Positions 1-15,000 of a DNA stretch of 64,000 bases are shown piece by piece. Made by a program: the position numbers and the translations under genes. Numbering within the stretch: the stretch's first letter is position 1; each line of letters opens with the position of its first letter. The DNA comes from Nemertoderma westbladi. Taxonomy: Eukaryota; Animalia; Xenacoelomorpha. The stretch covers positions 28,393 through 92,392 of the forward strand of contig JAUCBJ010008068.1 in the NCBI GenBank assembly GCA_032718475.1, read 5' to 3'. Below the pieces are notes generated by a model. The model saw only the letters and a list, made by a program, of their open reading frames with translations. It was not told where the DNA came from and did no database searches.

Positions 1-3000
1 AAGGTGATTCTTTGTAAGATTTGTTAATGGAGAACTAACATATGGTACTGATATGAAGGTGATTCTTTGTAAGAACTGTTATGGAGAACTAACATATGGT
101 ACTGATATGAAGGTGATTCTTTGTAAGAACTGTTAATGGAGAACTAACATATGGTACTGATATGAAGGTGATTCTTTGTAAGAACTGTTATGGAGAACTA
201 ACATATGGTACTGATATGAAGGTGATTCTTTGTAAGAACTGTTAATGGAGAACTAACATATGGTACTGATATGAAGGTGATTCTTTGTAAGAACTGTTAT
301 GGAGAACTAACATATGGTACTGATATGAAGGTGATTCTTTGTAAGATTTGTTAATGGAGAACTAACATATGGTACTGATATGAAGGTGATTCTTTGTAAG
401 AACTGTTATGGAGTACTAACATATGGTACTGATATGAAGGTGATTCTTTGTAAGAACTGTTAATGGAGAACTAACATATGGTACTGATATGAAGGTGATT
501 CTTTGTAAGAACTGTTATGGAGAACTAACATATGGTACTGATATGAAGGTGATTCTTTGTAAGAACTGTTAATGGAGAACTAACATATGGTACTGATATG
601 AAGGTGATTCTTTGTAAGAACTGTTATGGAGAACTAACATATGGTACTGATATGAAGGTGATTCTTTGTAAGAACTGTTATGGAGAACTAACATATGGTA
701 CTGATATGAAGGTGATTCTTTGTAAGAACTGTTAATGGAGAACTAACATATGGTACTGATATGAAGGTGATTCTTTATAAGAACTGTTGTGGAGAACTAA
801 CATATGGTACTGATATGAAGGTGATTCTTTGTAAGAACTGTGGTGGAGAACTAACATATGGTACTGATATGAAGGTGATTCTTTGTAAGAACTGTGATGG
901 AGAACTAACATATGGTATTGATATGAAGGTGATTCTTTGTAAGAACTGTTATGGAGAACTAACATATGGTATTGATATGAAGGTGATTCTTTGTAAGAAC
1001 TGTGGTGGAGAACTAACATATGGTACTGATATGAAGGTGATTCTTTGTAAGAACTGTAATGGAGAACTAACATATGGTACTGATATGAAGGTGATTCTTT
1101 GTAAGAACTGTTATGGAGTACTAACATATGGTACTGATATGAAGGTGATTCTTTGTAAGAACTGTTGTGGAGAACTAACATATGGTACTGATATGAAGGT
1201 GATTCTTTGTAAGAACTGTTATGGAGAACTAACATATGGTATTGATATGAAGGTGATTCTTTGTAAGAACTGTTATGGAGAACTAACATATGGTATTGAT
1301 ATGAAGGTGATTCTTTGTAAGAACTGTTATGGAGAACTAACATATGGTACTGATATGAAGGTGATTCTTTGTAAGAACTGTTATGGAGAACTAACATATG
1401 GTACTGATATGAAGGTGATTCTTTGTAAGAACTGTTATGGAGAACTAACATATGGTACTGATATGAAGGTGATTCTTTGTAAGAACTGTTATGGAGAACT
1501 AACATATGGTACTGATATGAAGGTGATTCTTTGTAAGAACTGTTATGGAGAACTAACATATGGTACTGATATGAAGGTGATTCTTTGTAAGAACTGTTAT
1601 GGAGAACTAACATATGGTACTGATATGAAGGTGATTCTTTGTAAGAACTGTGGTGGAGAACTAACATATGGTACTGATATGAAGGTGATTCTTTGTAAGA
1701 ACTGTGGTGGAGAACTAACATATGGTATTGATATGAAGGTGATTCTTTGTAAGAACTGTTATGGAGAACTAACATATGGTATTGATATGAAGGTGATTCT
1801 TTGCAAGAACTGTTAATGGAGAACTAACATATGGTACTGATATGAAGGTGATTCTTTGTAAGAACTGTTATGGAGAACTAACATATGGTATTGATATGAA
1901 GGTGATTCTTTGCAAGAACTGTTAATGGAGAACTAACATATGGTACTGATATGAAGGTGATTCTTTGTAAGAACTGTTATGGAGAACTAACATATGGTAT
2001 TGATATGAAGGTGATTCTTTGCAAGAACTGTTAATGGAGAACTAACATATGGTACTGATATGAAGGTGATTCTTTGTAAGAACTGTGGTGGAGAACTAAC
2101 ATATGGTACTGATATGAAGGTGATTCTTTGTAAGAACTGTGGTGGAGAACTAACATATGGTACTGATATGAAGGTGATTCTTTGTAAGAACTGTTAATGG
2201 AGAACTAACATATGGTACTGATATGAAGGTGATTCTTTGTAAGAACTGTTATGGAGAACTAACATATATTACTGATATGAAGGTGATTCTTTGTAAGAAC
2301 TGTGGTGGAGAACTAACATATGGTACTGATATGAAGGTGATTCTTTGTAAGAACTGTTATGGAGAACTAACATATATTACTGATATGAAGGTGATTCTTT
2401 GTAAGAACTGTTATGGAGAACTAACATATATTACTGATATGAAGGTGATTCTTTGTAAGAACTGTTATGGAGAACTAACATATGGTACTGATATGAAGGT
2501 GATTCTTTGTAAGAACTGTTATGGAGAACTAACATATGGTACTGATATGAAGGTGATTCTTTGTAAGAACTGTTATGGAGAACTAACATATGGTATTGAT
2601 ATGAAGGTGATTCTTTGTAAGAACTGTTATGGAGAACTAACATATGGTATTGATATGAAGGTGATTCTTTGTAAGAACTGTTATGGAGAACTAACATATG
2701 GTACTGATATGAAGGTGATTCTTTGTAAGAACTGTTATGGAGAACTAACATATGGTATTGATATGAAGGTGATTCTTTGTAAGAACTGTTATGGAGAACT
2801 AACATATGGTACTGATATGAAGGTGATTCTTTGTAAGAACTGTGGTGGAGAACTAACATATGGTACTGATATGAAGGTGATTCTTTGTAAGAACTGTTAT
2901 GGAGAACTAACATATGGTATTGATATGAAGGTGATTCTTGGTAAGAACTGTTATGGAGAACTAACATATGGTATTGATATGAAGGTGATTCTTTGTAAGA

Positions 3001-6000
3001 ACTGTGGTGGAGAACTAACATATGGTACTGATATGAAGGTGATTCTTTGTAAGAACTGTGGTGGAGAACTAACATATGGTATTGATATGAAGGTGATTCT
3101 TTGTAAGAACTGTGGTGGAGAACTAACATATGGTACTGATATGAAGGTGATTCTTTGTAAGAACTGTTATGGAGAACTAACATATGGTACTGATATGAAG
3201 GTGATTCTTTGTAAGAACTGTTGTGGAGAACTAACATATGGTCCTGATATGAAGGTGATTCTTTGTAAGAACTGTTATGGAGAACTAACATATGGTATTG
3301 ATATGAAGGTGATTCTTTGTAAGAACTGTGGTGGAGAACTAACATATGGTACTGATATGAAGGTGATTCTTTGTAAGAACTGTTATGGAGAACTAACATA
3401 TGGTACTGATATGAAGGTGATTCTTTGTAAGAACTGTTGTGGAGAACTAACATATGGTCCTGATATGAAGGTGATTCTTTGTAAGAACTGTTATGGAGAA
3501 CTAACATATGGTATTGATATGAAGGTGATTCTTTGTAAGAACTGTGGTGGAGAACTAACATATGGTACTGATATGAAGGTGATTCTTTGTAAGAACTGTT
3601 ATGGAGAACTAACATATGGTACAGATATGAAGGTGATTCTTTGTAAGAACTGTTATGGAGAACTAACATATGGTACTGATATGAAGGTGATTCTTTGTAA
3701 GAACTGTTATGGAGAACTAACATATGGTACTGATATGAAGGTGATTCTTTGTAAGAACTGTTATGGAGAACTAACATATGGTACTGATATGAAGGTGATT
3801 CTTTGTAAGAACTGTTATGGAGAACTAACATATGGTATTGATATGAAGGTGATTCTTGGTAAGAACTGTTATGGAGAACTAACATATGGTCCTGATATGA
3901 AGGTGATTCTTTGCAAGAACTGTTATGAAGAACTAACATATGGTACTGATATGAAGGTGATTCTTTGTAAGAACTGTTATGGAGAACTAACATATGGTAC
4001 TGATATGAAGGTGATTCTTTGCAAGAACTGTTATGAAGAACTAACATATGGTACTGATATGAAGGTGATTCTTTGTAAGAACTGTTATGGAGAACTAACA
4101 TATGGTACTGATATGAAGGTGATTCTTTGTAAGAACTGTTATGGAGAACTAACATATGGTACTGATATGAAGGTGATTCTTTGTAAGAACTGTTATGGAG
4201 AACTAACATATGGTACTGATATGAAGGTGATTCTTTGTAAGAACTGTTATGGAGAACTAACATATGGTACTGATATGAAGGTGATTCTTTGCAAGAACTG
4301 TTATGAAGAACTAACATATGGTACTGATATGAAGGTGATTCTTTGTAAGAACTGTTATGGAGAACTAACATATGGTACTGATATGAAGGTGATTCTTTGT
4401 AAGAACTGTTATGGAGAACTAACATATGGTATTGATATGAAGGTGATTCTTTGTAAGAACTGTTATGGAGAACTAACATATGGTACTGATATGAAGGTGA
4501 TTCTTTGTAAGAACTGTTGTGGAGAACTAACATATGGTACTGATATGAAGGTGATTCTTTGTAAGAACTGTTATGGAGTACTAACATATGGTACTGATAT
4601 GAAGGTGATTCTTTGTAAGAACTGTTATGGAGAACTAACATATGGTACTGATATGAAGGTGATTCTTTGTAAGAACTGTGGTGGAGAACTAACATATGGT
4701 ACTGATATGAAGGTGATTCTTTGTAAGAACTGTTGTGGAGAACTAACATATGGTACTGATATGAAGGTGATTCTTTGTAAGAACTGTTATGGAGAACTAA
4801 CATATGGTACTGATATGAAGGTGATTCTTTGTAAGAACTGTTGTGGAGAACTAACATATGGTACTGATATGAAGGTGATTCTTTGTAAGAACTGTTGTGG
4901 AGAACTAACATATGGTACTGATATGAAGGTGATTCTTTCTAAGAACTGTTATGGATAACTAACATATGGTACAGATATGAAGGTGATTCTTTGTAAGAAC
5001 TGTTATGGAGAACTAACATATGGTACTGATATGAAGGTGATTCTTTGTAAGAACTGTTATGGATAACTAACATATGGTACTGATATGAAGGTGATTCTTT
5101 GTAAGAACTGTTATGGAGAACTAACATATGGTACTGATATGAAGGTGATTCTTTGTAAGAACTGTTATGGAGAACTAACATATGGTACTGATATGAAGGT
5201 GATTCTTTCTAAGAACTGTTATGGATAACTAACATATGGTACTGATATGAAGGTGATTCTTTGTAAGAACTGTTGTGGAGAACTAACATATGGTACTGAT
5301 ATGAAGGTGATTCTTTGTAAGAACTGTTATGGAGAACTAACATATGGTACTGATATGAAGGTGATTCTTTGTAAGAACTGTTGTGGAGAACTAACATATG
5401 GTACTGATATGAAGGTGATTCTTTGTAAGAACTGTTGTGGAGAACTAACATATGGTACTGATATGAAGGTGATTCTTTGTAAGAACTGTTGTGGAGAACT
5501 AACATATGGTATTGATATGAAGGTGATTCTTTGTAAGAACTGTTAATGGAGAACTAACATATGGTACTGATATGAAGGTGATTCTTTGTAAGTACTGTGG
5601 TGGAGAACTAACATATGGTACTGATATGAAGGTGATTCTTTGTAAGAACTGTTATGGAGAACTAACATATGGTACTGATATGAAGGTGATTCTTTGTAAG
5701 AACTGTTGTGGAGAACTAACATATGGTACTGATATGAAGGTGATTCTTTGTAAGAACTGTTGTGGAGAACTAACATATGGTATTGATATGAAGGTGATTC
5801 TTTGTAAGAACTGTTATGGAGAACTAACATATGGTACTGATATGAAGGTGATTCTTTGTAAGTACTGTGGTGGAGAACTAACATATGGTATTGATATGAA
5901 GGTGATTCTTTCTAAGAACTGTTATGGAGAACTAACATATGGTACTGATATGAAGGTGATTCTTTCTAAGAACTGTTATGGAGAACTAACATATGGTACT

Positions 6001-9000
6001 GATATGAAGGTGATTCTTTCTAAGAACTGTTATGGAGAACTAACATATGGTACTGATATGAAGGTGATTCTTTCTAAGAACTGTTATGGAGAACTAACAT
6101 ATGGTACTGATATGAAGGTGATTCTTTGTAAGTACTGTGGTGGAGAACTAACATATGGTACTGATATGAAGGTGATTCTTTGTAAGAACTGTTATGGAGA
6201 ACTAACATATGGTACTGATATGAAGGTGATTCTTTCTAAGAACTGTTATGGAGAACTAACATATGGTACTGATATGAAGGTGATTCTTTCTAAGAACTGT
6301 TATGGAGAACTAACATATGGTACTGATATGAAGGTGATTCTTTCTAAGAACTGTTATGGAGAACTAACATATGGTACTGATATGAAGGTGATTCTTTCTA
6401 AGAACTGTTATGGAGAACTAACATATGGTACTGATATGAAGGTGATTCTTTGTAAGAACTGTTATGGAGAACTAACATATGGTACTGATATGAAGGTGAT
6501 TCTTTGTAAGAACTGTTATGGAGAACTAACATATGGTACTGATATGAAGGTGATTCTTTCTAAGAACTGTTATGGAGAACTAACATATGGTACTGATATG
6601 AAGGTGATTCTTTCTAAGAACTGTTATGGAGAACTAACATATGGTACTGATATGAAGGTGATTCTTTCTAAGAACTGTTATGGAGAACTAACATATGGTA
6701 CTGATATGAAGGTGATTCTTTGTAAGTACTGTGGTGGAGAACTAACATATGGTACTGATATGAAGGTGATTCTTTCTAAGAACTGTTATGGAGAACTAAC
6801 ATATGGTACTGATATGAAGGTGATTCTTTCTAAGAACTGTTATGGAGAACTAACATATGGTACTGATATGAAGGTGATTCTTTCTAAGAACTGTTATGGA
6901 GAACTAACATATGGTACTGATATGAAGGTGATTCTTTCTAAGAACTGTTATGGAGAACTAACATATGGTACTGATATGAAGGTGATTCTTTGTAAGAACT
7001 GTTATGGAGAACTAACATATGGTATTGATATGAAGGTGATTCTTTGTAAGAACTGTTGTGGAGAACTAACATATGGTACTGATATGAAGGTGATTCTTTG
7101 TAAGAACTGTTATGGAGAACTAACATATGGTACTGATATGAAGGTGATTCTTTGTAAGAACTGTTATGGAGAACTAACATATGGTACTGATATGAAGGTG
7201 ATTCTTTCTAAGAACTGTTATGGATAACTAACATATGGTACTGATATGAAGGTGATTCTTTCTAAGAACTGTTATGGAGAACTAACATATGGTACTGATA
7301 TGAAGGTGATTCTTTCTAAGAACTGTTATGGATAACTAACATATGGTACTGATATGAAGGTGATTCTTTGTAAGAACTGTTATGGAGAACTAACATATGG
7401 TACTGATATGAAGGTGATTCTTTCTAAGAACTGTTATGGATAACTAACATATGGTACTGATATGAAGGTGATTCTTTGTAAGAACTGTTATGGATAACTA
7501 ACATATGGTACTGATATGAAGGTGATTCTTTGTAAGAACTGTTATGGATAACTAACATATGGTACTGATATGAAGGTGATTCTTTGTAAGAACTGTTATG
7601 GGGAACTAACATATGGTACTGATATGAAGGTGATTCTTTCTAAGAACTGTTATGGATAACTAACATATGGTACTGATATGAAGGTGATTCTTTGTAAGAA
7701 CTGTTATGGAGAACTAACATATGGTACTGATATGAAGGTGATTCTTTCTAAGAATTGTTATGGATAACTAACATATGGTACTGATATGAAGGTGATTCTT
7801 TGTAAGAACTGTTATGGAGAACTAACATATGGTACTGATATGAAGGTGATTCTTTCTAAGAACTGTTATGGATAACTAACATATGGTACTGATATGAAGG
7901 TGATTCTTTGTAAGAACTGTTATGGAGAACTAACATATGGTATTGATATGAAGGTGATTCTTTGTAAGAACTGTTATGGAGAACTAACATATGGTACTGA
8001 TATGAAGGTGATTCTTTGTAAGAACTGTTATGGAGAACTAACATATGGTATTGATATGAAGGTGATTCTTTGTAAGAACTGTTATGGAGAACTAACATAT
8101 GGTACTGATATGAAGGTGATTCTTTGTAAGAACTGTTAATGGAGAACTAACATATGGTACTGATATGAAGGTGATTCTTTGTAAGAACTGTGGTGGAGAA
8201 CTAACATATGGTACTGATATGAAGGTGATTCTTTGTAAGAACTGTTATGGAGAACTAACATATGGTACTGATATGAAGGTGATTCTTTGTAAGAACTGTT
8301 ATGGAGAACTAACATATGGTACTGATATGAAGGTGATTCTTTGTAAGAACTGTTATGGAGAACTAACATATGGTACTGATATGAAGGTGATTCTTTGTAA
8401 GAACTGTTATGGAGAACTAACATATGGTACTGATATGAAGGTGATTCTTTGTAAGAACTGTTATGGAGAACTAACATATGGTACTGATATGAAGGTGATT
8501 CTTTGTAAGAACTGTTATGGAGAACTAACATATGGTACTGATATGAAGGTGATTCTTTGTAAGAACTGTTATGGAGAACTAACATATGGTACTGATATGA
8601 AGGTGATTCTTTGTAAGAACTGTTATGGAGAACTAACATATGGTACTGATATGAAGGTGATTCTTTGTAAGAACTGTTATGGAGAACTAACATATGGTAC
8701 TGATATGAAGGTGATTCTTTGTAAGAACTGTTATGGAGAACTAACATATGGTACTGATATGAAGGTGATTCTTTGTAAGAACTGTTATGGAGAACTAACA
8801 TATGGTACTGATATGAAGGTGATTCTTTGTAAGAACTGTTATGGAGAACTAACATATGGTACTGATATGAAGGTGATTCTTTGTAAGAACTGTTGTGGAG
8901 AACTAACATATGGTACTGATATGAAGGTGATTCTTTGTAAGAACTGTTGTGGAGAACTAACATATGGTATTGATATGAAGGTGATTCTTTGTAAGAACTG

Positions 9001-12000
9001 TTGTGGAGAACTAACATATGGTACAGATATGAAGGTGATTCTTTGTAAGAACTGTTATGGAGAACTAACATATGGTACTGATATGAAGGTGATTCTTTGT
9101 AAGAACTGTTATGGAGAACTAACATATGGTACTGATATGAAGGTGATTCTTTGTAAGAACTGTGGTGGAGAACTAACATATGGTACTGATATGAAGGTGA
9201 TTCTTTGTAAGAACTGTGGTGGAGAACTAACATATGGTACTGATATGAAGGTGATTCTTTGTAAGAACTGTTATGGAGAACTAACATATGGTACTGATAT
9301 GAAGGTGATTCTTTCTAAGAACTGTTATGGATAACTAACATATGGTACTGATATGAAGGTGATTCTTTGTAAGAACTGTTGTGGAGAACTAACATATGGT
9401 ACTGATATGAAGGTGATTCTTTGTAAGAACTGTTGTGGAGAACTAACATATGGTACTGATATGAAGGTGATTCTTTGTAAGAACTGTTGTGGAGAACTAA
9501 CATATGGTATTGATATGAAGGTGATTCTTTGTAAGAACTGTTATGGAGAACTAACATATGGTACTGATATGAAGGTGATTCTTTGTAAGAACTGTTGTGG
9601 AGAACTAACATATGGTACTGATATGAAGGTGATTCTTTGTAAGAACTGTTGTGGAGAACTAACATATGGTACTGATATGAAGGTGATTCTTTGTAAGAAC
9701 TGTTGTGGAGAACTAACATATGGTATTGATATGAAGGTGATTCTTTGTAAGAACTGTTATGGAGAACTAACATATGGTACTGATATGAAGGTGATTCTTT
9801 GTAAGAACTGTTGTGGAGAACTAACATATGGTATTGATATGAAGGTGATTCTTTGTAAGAACTGTTATGGAGAACTAACATATGGTACTGATATGAAGGT
9901 GATTCTTTCTAAGAACTGTTATGGATAACTAACATATGGTACTGATATGAAGGTGATTCTTTGTAAGTACTGTGGTGGAGAACTAACATATGGTATTGAT
10001 ATGAAGGTGATTCTTTGTAAGAACTGTTATGGAGAACTAACATATGGTACTGATATGAAGGTGATTCTTTGTAAGAACTGTTATGGAGAACTAACATATG
10101 GTACTGATATGAAGGTGATTCTTTGTAAGAACTGTTGTGGAGAACTAACATATGGTATTGATATGAAGGTGATTCTTTGTAAGAACTGTTATGGAGAACT
10201 AACATATGGTACTGATATGAAGGTGATTCTTTGTAAGAACTGTTATGGAGAACTAACATATGGTACTGATATGAAGGTGATTCTTTGTAAGAACTGTTAT
10301 GGAGAACTAACATATGGTACTGATATGAAGGTGATTCTTTGTAAGAACTGTGGTGGAGAACTAACATATGGTACTGATATGAAGGTGATTCTTTGTAAGA
10401 ACTGTTATGGAGAACTAACATATGGTATTGATATGAAGGTGATTCTTTGTAAGAACTGTTATGGAGAACTAACATATGGTACTGATATGAAGGTGATTCT
10501 TTGTAAGAACTGTGGTGGAGAACTAACATATGGTACTGATATGAAGGTGATTCTTTGTAAGAACTGTGGTGGAGAACTAACATATGGTACTGATATGAAG
10601 GTGATTCTTTGTAAGAACTGTTATGGAGAACTAACATATGGTACTGATATGAAGGTGATTCTTTGTAAGAACTGTTATGGAGAACTAACATATGGTACTG
10701 ATATGAAGGTGATTCTTTGTAAGAACTGTTATGGAGAACTAACATATGGTACAGATATGAAGGTGATTCTTTGTAAGAACTGTTATGGAGAACTAACATA
10801 TGGTACAGATATGAAGGTGATTCTTTGTAAGAACTGTTATGGAGAACTAACATATGGTACTGATATGAAGGTGATTCTTTGTAAGAACTGTGGTGGAGAA
10901 CTAACATATGGTACTGATATGAAGGTGATTCTTTGTAAGAACTGTTAATGGAGAACTAACATATGGTATTGATATGAAGGTGATTCTTTGCAAGAACTGT
11001 TATGGAGAACTAACATATGGTACTGATATGAAGGTGATTCTTTGTAAGAACTGTTAATGGAGAACTAACATATGGTATTGATATGAAGGTGATTCTTTGC
11101 AAGAACTGTTATGGAGAACTAACATATGGTACTGATATGAAGGTGATTCTTTGTAAGAACTGTTAATGGAGAACTAACATATGGTACTGATATGAAGGTG
11201 ATTCTTTGTAAGAACTGTGGTGGAGAACTAACATATGGTACTGATATGAAGGTGATTCTTTGTAAGAACTGTTAATGGAGAACTAACATATGGTACTGAT
11301 ATGAAGGTGATTCTTTGTAAGAACTGTGGTGGAGAACTAACATATGGTACTGATATGAAGGTGATTCTTTGTAAGAACTGTTAATGGAGAACTAACATAT
11401 GGTACTGATATGAAGGTGATTCTTTGTAAGAACTGTGGTGGAGAACTAACATATGGTACTGATATGAAGGTGATTCTTTGTAAGAACTGTTAATGGAGAA
11501 CTAACATATGGTACTGATATGAAGGTGATTCTTTGTAAGAACTGTGGTGGAGAACTAACATATGGTACTGATATGAAGATGATTCTTTGTAAGAACTGTT
11601 ATGGAGAACTAACATATGGTACTGATATGAAGGTGATTCTTTGTAAGAACTGTTATGGAGAACTAACATATGGTACTGATATGAAGGTGATTCTTTGTAA
11701 GAACTGTGGTGGAGAACTAACATATGGTACTGATATGAAGATGATTCTTTGTAAGAACTGTTATGGAGAACTAACATATGGTACTGATATGAAGGTGATT
11801 CTTTGTAAGAACTGTGGTGGAGAACTAACATATGGTACTGATATGAAGGTGATTCTTTGTAAGAACTGTGGTGGAGAACTAACATATGGTACTGATATGA
11901 AGGTGATTCTTTGTAAGAACTGTGGTGGAGAACTAACATATGGTACTGATATGAAGGTGATTCTTTGTAAGAACTGTGGTGGAGAACTAACATATGGTAC

Positions 12001-15000
12001 TGATATGAAGATGATTCTTTGTAAGAACTGTTATGGAGAACTAACATATGGTACTGATATGAAGGTGATTCTTTGTAAGAACTGTTATGGAGAACTAACA
12101 TATGGTACTGATATGAAGATGATTCTTTGTAAGAACTGTTATGGAGAACTAACATATGGTACTGATATGAAGGTGATTCTTTGTAAGAACTGTGGTGGAG
12201 AACTAACATATGGTACTGATATGAAGGTGATTCTTTGTAAGAACTGTGGTGGAGAACTAACATATGGTACTGATATGAAGGTGATTCTTTGTAAGAACTG
12301 TTATGGAGAACTAACATATGGTACTGATATGAAGGTGATTCTTTGTAAGAACTGTGGTGGAGAACTAACATATGGTACTGATATGAAGGTGATTCTTTGT
12401 AAGAACTGTGGTGGAGAACTAACATATGGTACTGATATGAAGATGATTCTTTGTAAGAACTGTTATGGAGAACTAACATATGGTACTGATATGAAGGTGA
12501 TTCTTTGTAAGAACTGTGGTGGAGAACTAACATATGGTACTGATATGAAGGTGATTCTTTGTAAGAACTGTGGTGGAGAACTAACATATGGTACTGATAT
12601 GAAGGTGATTCTTTGTAAGAACTGTGGTGGAGAACTAACATATGGTACTGATATGAAGGTGATTCTTTGTAAGAACTGTGGTGGAGAACTAACATATGGT
12701 ACTGATATGAAGGTGATTCTTTGTAAGAACTGTGGTGGAGAACTAACATATGGTACTGATATGAAGGTGATTCTTTGTAAGAACTGTGGTGGAGAACTAA
12801 CATATGGTACTGATATGAAGGTGATTCTTTGTAAGAACTGTTATGGAGTACTAACATATGGTACTGATATGAAGGTGATTCTTTGTAAGAACTGTGGTGG
12901 AGAACTAACATATGGTACTGATATGAAGGTGATTCTTTGTAAGAACTGTGGTGGAGAACTAACATATGGTACTGATATGAAGGTGATTCTTTGTAAGAAC
13001 TGTGGTGGAGAACTAACATATGGTACTGATATGAAGGTGATTCTTTGTAAGAACTGTGGTGGAGAACTAACATATGGTACTGATATGAAGGTGATTCTTT
13101 GTAAGAACTGTTATGGAGAACTAACATATGGTACTGATATGAAGGTGATTCTTTGTAAGAACTGTGGTGGAGAACTAACATATGGTACTGATATGAAGGT
13201 GATTCTTTGTAAGAACTGTTATGGAGAACTAACATATGGTACTGATATGAAGGTGATTCTTTGTAAGAACTGTTATGGAGAACTAACATATGGTACTGAT
13301 ATGAAGGTGATTCTTTGTAAGAACTGTTATGGAGAACTAACATATGGTACTGATATGAAGGTGATTCTTTGTAAGAACTGTGGTGGAGAACTAACATATG
13401 GTACTGATATGAAGGTGATTCTTTGTAAGAACTGTTATGGAGAACTAACATATGGTACTGATATGAAGGTGATTCTTTGTAAGAACTGTTATGGAGAACT
13501 AACATATGGTACTGATATGAAGGTGATTCTTTGTAAGAACTGTTATGGAGAACTAACATATGGTACTGATATGAAGGTGATTCTTTGTAAGAACTGTTGT
13601 GGAGAACTAACATATGGTACTGATATGAAGGTGATTCTTTGTAAGAACTGTTATGGAGAACTAACATATGGTACTGATATGAAGGTGATTCTTTGTAAGA
13701 ACTGTTATGGAGAACTAACATATGGTACTGATATGAAGGTGATTCTTTGTAAGAACTGTTATGGAGAACTAACATATGGTACTGATATGAAGGTGATTCT
13801 TTGTAAGAACTGTTATGGAGAACTAACATATGGTACTGATATGAAGGTGATTCTTTGTAAGAACTGTTATGGAGAACTAACATATGGTACTGATATGAAG
13901 GTGATTCTTTGTAAGAACTGTTATGGAGAACTAACATATGGTACTGATATGAAGGTGATTCTTTGTAAGAACTGTTATGGAGAACTAACATATGGTATTG
14001 ATATGAAGGTGATTCTTTGTAAGAACTGTTATGGAGAACTAACATATGGTATTGATATGAAGGTGATTCTTTGTAAGAACTGTTATGGAGAACTAACATA
14101 TGGTACTGATATGAAGGTGATTCTTTGTAAGAACTGTTATGGAGAACTAACATATGGTACTGATATGAAGGTGATTCTTTGTAAGAACTGTTATGGAGAA
14201 CTAACATATGGTACTGATATGAAGGTGATTCTTTGTAAGAACTGTTATGGAGAACTAACATATGGTACTGATATGAAGGTGATTCTTTGTAAGAACTGTT
14301 ATGGAGAACTAACATATGGTACTGATATGAAGGTGATTCTTTGTAAGAACTGTTATGGAGAACTAACATATGGTACTGATATGAAGGTGATTCTTTGTAA
14401 GAACTGTTGTGGAGAACTAACATATGGTACTGATATGAAGGTGATTCTTTGTAAGAACTGTTGTGGAGAACTAACATATGGTACTGATATGAAGGTGATT
14501 CTTTGTAAGAACTGTTGTGGAGAACTAACATATGGTACTGATAAGAAGGTGATTCTTTGTATGAACTGTTATGGAGAACTAACATATGGTACTGATATGA
14601 AGGTGATTCTTTGTAAGAACTGTTGTGGAGAACTAACATATGGTACTGATATGAAGGTGATACTTTGTAAGAACTGTTAATGGAGAACTAACATATGGTA
14701 CTGATATGAAGGTGATTCTTTGTAAGAACTGTTGTGGAGAACTAACATATGGTACTAATATGAAGGTGATTCTTTCTAAGAACTGTTATGGATAACTAAC
14801 ATATGGTACTGATATGAAGGTGATTCTTTGTAAGAACTGTTGTGGAGAACTAACATATGGTACTGATATGAAGGTGATTCTTTGTAAGAACTGTTGTGGA
14901 GAACTAACATATGGTACTGATATGAAGGTTATTCTTTGTAAGAACTGTTATGGAGAACTAACATATGGTACTGATATGAAGGTGATTCTTTGTAAGAACT